From contig JBKQJL010000083.1 of assembly GCA_052147975.1 (NCBI GenBank), positions 15,892 to 79,891 on the forward strand: a stretch of 64,000 nucleotides of DNA, in the 5' to 3' direction. Shown one piece after another: positions 46,906 to 54,739 of the stretch. Numbering within the stretch: the first letter of the stretch is position 1; each line of letters begins with the position of its first letter. Under the pieces are notes generated by a model that saw only the letters and a list, made by a program, of their open reading frames with translations, was not told where the DNA came from and made no database searches. This DNA is from Myxococcaceae bacterium. Its GTDB lineage: Bacteria > Myxococcota > Myxococcia > Myxococcales > Myxococcaceae. The translations under genes and the position numbers were made by a program.

Positions 46906-47946
46906 CTAGTCGTCCGGAAATAGCTCGGAGGCGATGCCAATCAGGTCTCGGTCGTAGAGCATCGTGCAGCGCTGGTGCAGGTCGCCGTCGTGAGTAATCA
47001 GGGTTCCGCAACGGGCGCCGGCGCCTACGATGTTCGCGTCCATCCAGTCATTGCGGTCGGTTTTGAGAGCGCCGATTTCAGGGTCCAGCTTCTTTCTCTC
47101 CAGCATCGGAACCGTCTCCAACACGTCCCGAAGCGTTCCGAGTACGGCCCAAGTCCAGCACGACAGATAGTCCTGGTAGTGCGCCTCCGCGTAGGCCACC
47201 TCAGCTTCAACTCGGCGAGGGTTCCAGCCGTAGTCTTTGCAGACAGCCCACAGCATTGCTCGAGCTGCTATTAGTGCGTGCGGCGCCCGGAAGTCGGCAA
47301 GCAAAGCCCGGCCTTCCGCGAGCAGTTTGGGGTCCTTCGCACGATTCTCCTGCCACTTAGCCGACATGCGTTCCATCGCCGGCCGGTGCCGCCTTAGGAA
47401 TTCGTTGTACTGGTCGAGAGCAGCCTGCATAACTGGCGCCCCGTCGAGGCTTCCGGTTCGAGCGACAAGCAGCAGTTCGGAGGACAAGCTGTCGAGTGGC
47501 CACGTGTCCATTGTCCGACGCCGCTCCTTAAGCTCTCGACGGTGTGCGTTCGCAACCAGATCCAGCACGTGCAGCCTCTCCCGAACCTCCGCATCGATGT
47601 GCAACAAGGTCGACACGACAGCTCCAAGTCTTCCGTCCGAAGGCGTGCGAAGGAGCTCGTTCAACGTGTCGACCGCTACCCAGCAGTTGCCCTTCACCTC
47701 GATGAGCTTGTTAATTCTTCGGATTAGGCGCCGTCGGGTGGGGGCGTCGTCCTTCACGAAGCTGATGACGGAAGTGTCGAGGAGAACGTCGGATTTCAGC
47801 GTGATCGTGGCGATAGACGGCAGATGAGGGCTGTCGTAGCCGGGCAGCTTGGTGCCTTCGGTGATGGGAACCGTCGAAAGCACGATCACCCGGTCCTTAA
47901 TCATTCCGGCCGGCTTCGGAGGCTTCGCTGAGCGCTTTGCAGCCAC
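46906..47946 (-). CDS. PIN-like nuclease-fold protein with a ~190-aa helical insertion (hypothetical)
   Basis: The acidic PIN-type motifs are split. DVLLDTSVISF and VAVDTLNELL lie near the N-terminus. DWMDANIVGAGARCGTLITHDGDL lies near the C-terminus. The gene is 78 nt upstream of, and co-oriented with, the TIR-like gene. The fold call rests on motifs only. Confidence 0.5.
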   Translation of the reverse strand: MAAKRSAKPPKPAGMIKDRVIVLSTVPITEGTKLPGYDSPHLPSIATITLKSDVLLDTSVISFVKDDAPTRRRLIRRINKLIEVKGNCWVAVDTLNELLRTPSDGRLGAVVSTLLHIDAEVRERLHVLDLVANAHRRELKERRRTMDTWPLDSLSSELLLVARTGSLDGAPVMQAALDQYNEFLRRHRPAMERMSAKWQENRAKDPKLLAEGRALLADFRAPHALIAARAMLWAVCKDYGWNPRRVEAEVAYAEAHYQDYLSCWTWAVLGTLRDVLETVPMLERKKLDPEIGALKTDRNDWMDANIVGAGARCGTLITHDGDLHQRCTMLYDRDLIGIASELFPDD

Positions 47947-48229
47947 CCGACGCCTCTATCGGGCCTCCCTGACGGAGGGCCAAGGTGACGACGGAGGCGT
48001 GCACCGACAAGAAGCCCGACCGGCGTATGGATTCCTCTGGTGCCGCGCTGCGAAACCCGGCGCGCCAGCTGAACTGCGCTGGCACGCGGCTTTCGCTTGG
48101 TCGCGCGGCACCCATAGAGAGCCCCGCAATACACCACCGCGCTCCGCGGCGGTGTCCCTCACCGCGCCGGGCTGACGCCCTCTCTGGCGAGCGCGGTGAC
48201 GGACACCGCCCTCTGTCAGGAGCGGTACC

Positions 48230-48796
48230 ATGGCGAAGTCAGCGCAAGGTTTAAGCAGCGCGGCAAAGAGGGTTCCCCGCATCTACGTGGCCTCACTGTC
48301 GGACTACAACGCCGGCCGGCTTCATGGCGCCTGGCTGGAGGCGACGGACATTCAACAGGTACGCGCGGGAGTCACCGCCATGTTGAAGGCCTCCCCCGGC
48401 GGCGCCGCTGAGGAGTACGCCATCCACGACTTCGAGGGCTTCAGCCGCTACCTGCCGTCCGAGTTCGCGGACCTCGAGCTAGTCTGCGCCATCGGCGCCG
48501 CCATTGTGGAGCACGGCACAGTCTTCACAGCCTACCTCGAGCACGTCGCCTTCCCGACGGACGCGGAGCTGGTCCCCGAGCTGGTGGCAGGCTTCACCGA
48601 GTGCTACCACGGCGCCTACGAAAGCGTCGAGGCCTGGGCCGAGCAATACCTCGAAGACACGGGCCTTCTACAGCAAGTGCCTGAGTCGCTCCGCGGATAC
48701 CTCGACTTGGAGAGCTGGGCCGACGACGCCGAGCTCAACGGCGACATCTTCTCTGTCGAGTTCGAGGACGAACTCCACATGTTCTTAGAACGCTAG
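48230..48796 (+). CDS. ardA: Antirestriction protein ArdA
   Basis: Strong resemblance to the Tn916 Orf18-type ArdA. Compare RIYVASLSDYNAGRLHGAW, EEYAIHDFEGF and QYLEDTGLLQQVPESLRGYLDLESWADDAELNGDIF. The protein is highly acidic. Confidence 0.85.
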   Translation: MAKSAQGLSSAAKRVPRIYVASLSDYNAGRLHGAWLEATDIQQVRAGVTAMLKASPGGAAEEYAIHDFEGFSRYLPSEFADLELVCAIGAAIVEHGTVFTAYLEHVAFPTDAELVPELVAGFTECYHGAYESVEAWAEQYLEDTGLLQQVPESLRGYLDLESWADDAELNGDIFSVEFEDELHMFLER

Positions 48797-48873
48797 CGCG
48801 TCCGCTTGCCCCATAGCCTCCGGAATCCGTCGTGCGCTCTACCGTCGCGACAGCAGGTAGCTAGACTACCGCG

Positions 48874-49746
48874 ATGGCGATGCGTCACAGACCCATCTTT
48901 GTGGCCTGCGCAATCCTGTCGTGCGCGTGCTCGCATGGAACCCCGCAGGACACAGCCGGCGCTCCGACGGAGACCCCTGCGAGCTGTGCTGTGCGTCCTG
49001 GCGCCAATACCGGGCGACTTCCACTCCTAGTTTTCTCCGAGCTCAACCCATGGCTTGAGGTCATCAACTCCGATGTGCCCTCAATCGTCGTCTATGCGGA
49101 TGGGGAGCTGATTTTAGCCAGGAAGGGACTCCGCCACGTGAAGTTGGAGCTCTCTGCTCTGACGCGATTCCTAGAGAGCCTGCAACTCGGGCGGCTCCGC
49201 GATCTTCCAGAGTACACCAGCACGATGCATGTGACCGACCTGTCGACGACGGTTGTCATCTGGCGCGACGGGGACCGAATGCGATCCGTGTCTGTCTACG
49301 GTCCCGTGAAGCGAAATCCAGAGGAGGAGAAGTGGGCGGACCGCAGCATCCCGATCTCCGCATCGCCGGAGGCGTTCGTCTCAGTTGTCGAACGATTGCG
49401 CGCGTTTGATCCCGACGGCGCGACGACGTGGACGCCCGAGGTCGTTGAGCTCATGCTCGGCCCATTCGACCATAGCCGTCAGAAGCCGATCGCCTGGCCC
49501 GCGAACTGGCCGGGATGGGACTCTCCGGGCGCGAAGAGGCCCTCCACCATCGGCGGGAACCCATACCTCCCAGTGGCTGGAGAGATCTTCATCGACGGGC
49601 GTTGCTGGAATCAGGCAATCGAGCTCAAGAAGCGACTCGACGCCTACACCGCAGCTCTGCTTGAGGGACGCATGTACTCCCTCTCCATTCGTCCACTTCT
49701 GCCGGCCGAGGAGGAATGGAAGAAGTCGCTCCCGCGGGCGCATTGA
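48874..49746 (+). CDS. Hypothetical lipoprotein
   Basis: Lipobox signal (IFVACAILSCAC). 290-aa ORF in island-type composition with no domain I recognise. Confidence 0.55.
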   Translation: MAMRHRPIFVACAILSCACSHGTPQDTAGAPTETPASCAVRPGANTGRLPLLVFSELNPWLEVINSDVPSIVVYADGELILARKGLRHVKLELSALTRFLESLQLGRLRDLPEYTSTMHVTDLSTTVVIWRDGDRMRSVSVYGPVKRNPEEEKWADRSIPISASPEAFVSVVERLRAFDPDGATTWTPEVVELMLGPFDHSRQKPIAWPANWPGWDSPGAKRPSTIGGNPYLPVAGEIFIDGRCWNQAIELKKRLDAYTAALLEGRMYSLSIRPLLPAEEEWKKSLPRAH

Positions 49747-49932
49747 CGCTAAAATGCGTGAGCTGTGAGGAATCGATTTTGCCAGGCAGCAGCGTTTTCT
49801 TCATTGAGTTAGGGGCTCATGTGGCAAACTGTTCAGGCTGGTCCGTCTATTCACTCTCGGGGAGCTCGGCCAGCCGAACAGTCATGAGTAGCTCAGGCGC
49901 GGCGTGGGTGTACCAGCGCGCCATTGGCCGCC

Positions 49933-51450
49933 ATGGCAACTGACGCTGACATCGAAGAGGCCGTCGATGGGATTCAGGAACAATGGACCAATCCCATCTC
50001 AAGGAATGCAGTATTCGGAAACATTATAAAGTCCTTGGGCATTTCAAACGTTAGAGGCCAGAATTGTTCAATCGAATTCCAGTGGCCTGTTTGCGCAATT
50101 GCCGGAGTGAATGGGACGGGGAAGACCACCATCCTGCAACTTTGCTCGACGGCATATGCCCCGGACGGCAAGCGGCTTTTTCGCCTTGGGAACTGGATCC
50201 GTAATGCCATGGAGGGCGAAACACCTCCAGTGAAGGACCCAGCAAAGCTCATCTTCAACTTCTGGAACGACACCCCTACTCTTACAATACCCTATATTCC
50301 GGCGCAGACCCGGTGGGGCTACCCGCGACGTAATAACCCTGCACGACACGTCGAATTCATCGGCATCAGCGAGTTTGCCCCACGTATTGAACAGCGAGAT
50401 CGCGCTCACGTTTTTCGGAAACAACTAAGAGTGAAGGCGACTCGGGACATTGACGCCCGAGAAGTCGAGAGTATCTCGAGGATTCTCGGCTCCCCATATT
50501 CTGGTGGTCGAGTCAATACGGTCTCAACCTCGAAAGGAGAATGGGAGTTTGACCTCCCGCAGCTTCAGCGGGGCGGATATGTTTACAGCGAACCGCACAT
50601 GGGTGCCGGTGAGCAGAAAGTTGTCCGGCTAGTCGCAAGGCTGGAGGCCCTTCCGAGAAATTCACTCGTCTTACTCGAGGAACCGGAAACAACGCTCCAC
50701 CCTGACGCTCAACGGGGTCTCGCTTGGTACCTAATGGCACTCGCAAAGAGGCGCGGCCACCAAATACTTATTGCGACCCATTCGACGGAAATCTTTCAAG
50801 CGCTGCCTTCCGAAGGCAGGATCCTACTTGTTCGAGATGGAGCGGGCATCCGAGCTCTTCCGCGAGCACCGTACTTTCGAGCAGCGCGAGAACTGGCCGC
50901 ATCGATGCGGAGCAATAAAGATTTGCTTCTCGTCGAGGACGAGGTAGCTCGCCAATTCCTTCTGGAAATACTTCGACGTAACAATCGCGCGCTTCTTACG
51001 AACTCAGAAGTCGTTCCATTGGGGTCCGCGGATGATGTGCGCCGCAATGTGGAGGCGCTACGTGAACAACGGGTACGAGCAGTCGGGGTGAGGGACGCCG
51101 ACGTTGGTGAGCAGTTCGAAAAGGGGCTCTTATCGTTGCCCGGCGACATGGCGCCGGAAGTGCTACTTCTCGACCCTGCGAACATTGCCCGCGCAAGTGG
51201 GCACATTGCCGATCTGCAGATGGCCTTCGAACGTGCTGAGGTCCGAGGTCAGGGCCTTCAAGGTACGAAGAAGGCCAAAAAGGTATTCAATGCGCTGTGC
51301 GACGAGGTCGGGATGCCGGCAGCGCTGCTGTCCGACCGGCTGACCCTAGCTTGGCTGGAGGAAAACGCCGAAGGAGCCGCCGCACTGGCGGAAAGGATTG
51401 AGCAGTGTCTGGATGCGGTCCACAACCGAGGACCGGCTATGTTGCGCTAG
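49933..51450 (+). CDS. ABC/AAA-type ATPase fused to a TOPRIM/DUF4435-like domain (OLD-family / PARIS AriA-AriB-like)
   Basis: Walker A (GVNGTGKTT), ABC-signature-like (GAGEQK), Walker B (LVLLEEPETTLHP) and H-loop (IATHS) are present. The C-terminal region has an acidic E...DxD pattern (LLLVEDEVARQF, GVRDADVG, APEVLLLDP). ATG 49933 is preferred over the track's TTG 49924. Confidence 0.7.
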   Translation: MATDADIEEAVDGIQEQWTNPISRNAVFGNIIKSLGISNVRGQNCSIEFQWPVCAIAGVNGTGKTTILQLCSTAYAPDGKRLFRLGNWIRNAMEGETPPVKDPAKLIFNFWNDTPTLTIPYIPAQTRWGYPRRNNPARHVEFIGISEFAPRIEQRDRAHVFRKQLRVKATRDIDAREVESISRILGSPYSGGRVNTVSTSKGEWEFDLPQLQRGGYVYSEPHMGAGEQKVVRLVARLEALPRNSLVLLEEPETTLHPDAQRGLAWYLMALAKRRGHQILIATHSTEIFQALPSEGRILLVRDGAGIRALPRAPYFRAARELAASMRSNKDLLLVEDEVARQFLLEILRRNNRALLTNSEVVPLGSADDVRRNVEALREQRVRAVGVRDADVGEQFEKGLLSLPGDMAPEVLLLDPANIARASGHIADLQMAFERAEVRGQGLQGTKKAKKVFNALCDEVGMPAALLSDRLTLAWLEENAEGAAALAERIEQCLDAVHNRGPAMLR

Positions 51451-51573
51451 GTCCGGGGCTTTCTTTTCGAGCGCGACCGACAGACCGCTTCACCAGCAGG
51501 TTGGTTAGGCAGTCAGCGAAGCTTGTCACGCTTCATGCATTGAGCGGTAGCTCCTCAGGGAAAGGAGCTTTCA

Positions 51574-52524
51574 ATGCCTGTGCTACCCGAAGCCCCCGAT
51601 CCAGCCGCACCACCGCCAACTTGGCGCATTGCGCTCGAACTCATCGAGCCCAATCCCCATCAGCCAAGACGCGAGTTCGATGCAGCCCCTCTTTCAGAGC
51701 TCGTTGAAAGCATCCGGGAGCATGGGTTACTGCAGCCGGTCTCGGTCAGGCGGATTCCGGGAGGCAGGTACCAACTCATTGCTGGGCACCGTCGGCTAGA
51801 GGCTTACCGTCGGCTGCTAGCCGAGGCCCGAGGCAAGGAGGGTAGCGAGCGTTTCGAGACCATCCCCGCCCACGAGAAGTTTGATGTTACCGACGAAGAG
51901 ATGGCGCTCTTCGCCTTGGTCGAGAACCTTCAGCGCGACGATCTTTCGCCCCTGGACGCAGCTTTGGGTCTCTCGAGATTCCAGGTGGCGAATGAGCTTT
52001 CGACCGAGGCGCTGGCGCAGCGCACCGGCCTCGAGGTCGATCGGGTGAAGCGCCTGCTGCGGCTCGCGCGGGCGCCCAAGGTTGTCCAGGACGCATGCCA
52101 CGAGGGCGTTCTCATCGAGCAGGTAGATGAGCAGGGGACAGTGAAGCTTCTTGCCTCCGGCAACGCCAAACGCGAGCGAGCCCGCCTGGACCTCATGGCG
52201 GCGCTCGAGTTCGCGAGGGCCCATTCGAGCATCGCCAAAACGGCGCCGAAGAAGGCCGACGAGCGGACCGCAAAGGCTATCGAGCGGGCGCTGTCCGAAC
52301 GCTGGACCCTGAGGCGCGTACAGACTTTTTGCCGAGGTGTCGTTTCGGGTTCGCAGCTCGATGGGAGTACCGGGGAAGGAGCTGTCGCAGCCGCGCGCGT
52401 AGCGCTGTTCACCGACGGAGCCGAGCTACGCATCCGTCGAAGTCAGCTCGCGAAGGCTGCACCCGGACAGCGAAGCGCCTTGGTCGAAGTACTGAGGGCG
52501 CTCTTAGCAGAGCTCACGGCGTGA
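51574..52524 (+). CDS. ParB/Spo0J-like partition or KorB-like DNA-binding protein
   Basis: The ParB N-domain is present (IELIEPNPHQPRREFDAAPLSELVESIREHGLLQPVSVR ... LIAGHRRLEAYRRL ... LVENLQRDDLSPLD). It is followed by an HTH (LSTEALAQRTGLEVDRVKRLLRLARAP). Confidence 0.85.
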   Translation: MPVLPEAPDPAAPPPTWRIALELIEPNPHQPRREFDAAPLSELVESIREHGLLQPVSVRRIPGGRYQLIAGHRRLEAYRRLLAEARGKEGSERFETIPAHEKFDVTDEEMALFALVENLQRDDLSPLDAALGLSRFQVANELSTEALAQRTGLEVDRVKRLLRLARAPKVVQDACHEGVLIEQVDEQGTVKLLASGNAKRERARLDLMAALEFARAHSSIAKTAPKKADERTAKAIERALSERWTLRRVQTFCRGVVSGSQLDGSTGEGAVAAARVALFTDGAELRIRRSQLAKAAPGQRSALVEVLRALLAELTA

Positions 52525-52731
52525 AGGCGTCCAAAAACTCGGGGCAGCGCTGCTCCACGTGCCGAACGCAGTGCATCGGGCCCTGCCGAATGGCTTGCCG
52601 AGCCCGTTTCGATGCTTCGGCAGTCACTTCGCCTGGCATCGCGTTCGGCAGACACAGGCGGACAAGCCCTCGGAATCCGCGGCGCCCGCCCCGCCGCCGA
52701 AAGGCGGTACTCGAAGCGACGAAGTGCAGTC

Positions 52732-52790
52732 GCACGAACCAACCACTCCCTCCCAACGACAAAAGACGGGATGGAGTGGTTGGTTCGTGC
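52732..52790. repeat. Perfect 18-bp inverted repeat (hairpin) followed by a T-rich tract
   Basis: GCACGAACCAACCACTCC (52732-52749) and GGAGTGGTTGGTTCGTGC (52773-52790) are exact reverse complements separated by 23 nt. They are followed by TTCTTTAGTTTTTCC. Confidence 0.85.
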
Positions 52791-52956
52791 TTCTTTAGTT
52801 TTTCCTCCCGATTTTCGGCGGCGGGGCGGGGAATTCAGGGTCTTTCAAAGACCATGTAGGAGTCAGGTAGCAATGAAGGACATGACATCGAAGAGTTACG
52901 AGGCCGCGGCCTTGCGTCGAGACCGAGCTGTCAGCGTGGTGCAGAGGTGGTGACCG

Positions 52957-54102
52957 ATGAGTGAGGAGATTGAGAGGGGGGAAGTGTGGACGAGCGAGTA
53001 CGCGGTCACGGCGAAGCGCGGTGGAGGAGTGAAGCTGACGGATAGAGACAGAGATGTCCTCGGGCTCCTGGTGCTGGCGAGGTACCTGACAGCAGCCCAG
53101 GTGTACCGCCTGGCGTTTGCTGGCAAGCACCCCTCGCTGGCGTACCGTCGTCTGCTGCGGCTCTCGCGGGAAGACGGCCAACCAGCCTTTGTCCGCCAGC
53201 GCTTCTTCCGCGACTACGACGGCAATCGCCGCGCCGTTTGGGCGCCAACGCCATACGCTCTGAAGGCGGCGCTGTCGCGCTCAGCTTCGCTCCCCGAGTT
53301 GCCAAAGCACGACGTGGGCGCGCAGTTCCTGGAGCACCTGCTCCAGCTTAACGAATTGCTGGTCGCCCTCTGGCAAGGCGGGCCGCGGTGTCCACGGGCG
53401 ACGCACCCGGCGTTCCGGTGGGTCCCGTCGGACAGGGTGCGTCTCGTCTGGGGGGAATGGGAGATGCGAGAGGGTCGTCGGCAACAGCGTGTCATCCAGC
53501 CGGATGCTGTCCTTGAAGTCCCGCGGCAGAAGCGTCGGTACTTTCTCGAGTGCGAGATGGGAACGCACACCATTGTGCCGAACCAAGGTAGCTCGCCCGG
53601 AGCTACCGTCGCCAAGGCGGACCGCTACCAGCGGTTTCTCGGCGACGCCTCCGGCCTGGACGGCCGCCGCACGCATTACGACACCCAGTACCCTGACGGG
53701 TTTGCGCCGGACGTTCTCTTCTTGGTGCTGAACCGGGGACGAGCGGACTCCGTCAACGCGGCGCTCGTCTCGTGGCGCAAGAAGACCGGGGCCCGGAGGC
53801 CAACGGCGATGCGGACCCTTACGTTCGAGGAAGCCACGGTGGAGCTACGCCAACTCGCTGGGCTTCCGGCACTTGCGCACGCAACCAGCGTCGAGCACGA
53901 GCGCGCCGGATGGGGAAAGGAGACCTACCTCGTTGCCGAGGACGTGGCGGTACTGCGTCAGTATGTCCAGGAGTCGGTCGGCTCTATCAAACGGGCGCGG
54001 GCCGTGTTCCGGCAGCTGGGGCGTCCAGACTTGCCCGAGTACCCCGTGAATTACGAGCGCGCGTATGCGCTGCTCGACCGCATCGCTCATGAGACGGGAT
54101 GA
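52957..54102 (+). CDS. Replication-relaxation family protein (Replic_Relax-like)
   Basis: The N-terminal winged-helix pattern LTDRDRDVLGLLVLARYLTAAQVYRLAFAGKHPSLAYRRLLRLSREDG matches my memory of PF13814-type proteins of conjugative or mobilizable elements. Only a moderate call. Confidence 0.6.
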   Translation: MSEEIERGEVWTSEYAVTAKRGGGVKLTDRDRDVLGLLVLARYLTAAQVYRLAFAGKHPSLAYRRLLRLSREDGQPAFVRQRFFRDYDGNRRAVWAPTPYALKAALSRSASLPELPKHDVGAQFLEHLLQLNELLVALWQGGPRCPRATHPAFRWVPSDRVRLVWGEWEMREGRRQQRVIQPDAVLEVPRQKRRYFLECEMGTHTIVPNQGSSPGATVAKADRYQRFLGDASGLDGRRTHYDTQYPDGFAPDVLFLVLNRGRADSVNAALVSWRKKTGARRPTAMRTLTFEEATVELRQLAGLPALAHATSVEHERAGWGKETYLVAEDVAVLRQYVQESVGSIKRARAVFRQLGRPDLPEYPVNYERAYALLDRIAHETG

Positions 54103-54235
54103 TGACGTCTGACTTGCCAAGCGGGGCAGGTTGGCCGGACGCTCCGTACTCCTGCCCCAGGCCATCTTCAGCACATACTCTTGCTTGGCCGACACCTGCG
54201 ATGTTCGACGGTTCTCGGCGAACGGATGAGACTGT

Positions 54236-54739
54236 TCAAGAGCTGTCCCCCCTTCCGCTCTCACGGGAAGCGACCCAGCAGTTGCGCCAGCGGACAACTT
54301 GCCATTTCCCGCTCTCTTTTTGCAGGTCCAGGTCACAACCCCGCTGCATGAAGAAGCCGATACTGACACTGGCTGCTGCTCCCACGACGATGGCCTGGTC
54401 AGCGATGAGGAGTCGCTGTCCCGGGGACCCGTCGCACTCGGCGCGATTCCCCGACACTCTGAAGGGACGGGCGCCGAGGGTCTCCAAGAGGCGCTTCGAC
54501 GGCGCTCCGTCATCCACTTGAAGGCATATTAGGCCAGTCATGTGTTTCGTCACCTCGTTGATGGCCGCCACGAGCACCAAATCGCGGTCAGAGTCGACGC
54601 TGCTCGTGGATGGGGCTGTAAGCGAAGCAGTCGCGCACCCGACGAGAAAGACCAGGCTAATCGCAACGAGCCGCGCGGTTTGCGTCTCCATGGGGAACCG
54701 GCTCGGGCGCGCGGCGCCCGAGCCGAATCGCGACGTCAC
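54236..54739 (-). CDS. Hypothetical lipoprotein
   Basis: It overlaps the stop of the upstream activator gene by 4 nt. The lipobox is LVFLVGCAT. The start may be the internal METQTARL (54691). Confidence 0.55.
   Translation of the reverse strand: MTSRFGSGAARPSRFPMETQTARLVAISLVFLVGCATASLTAPSTSSVDSDRDLVLVAAINEVTKHMTGLICLQVDDGAPSKRLLETLGARPFRVSGNRAECDGSPGQRLLIADQAIVVGAAASVSIGFFMQRGCDLDLQKESGKWQVVRWRNCWVASRESGRGDSS

Noticed and set aside
52612-52953. 113-aa ORF in the parB-like / replication-relaxation intergenic gap
   Set aside because: It spans the 18-bp hairpin and the T-tract, is Arg-rich with no motif, and is more likely non-coding regulatory DNA.
53845-54513. 222-aa minus-strand ORF
   Set aside because: It overlaps the 3' end of the replication-relaxation gene on the opposite strand and the lipoprotein gene on its own strand in a different frame. 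The sequence is Ser/Arg-rich with no recognisable features.
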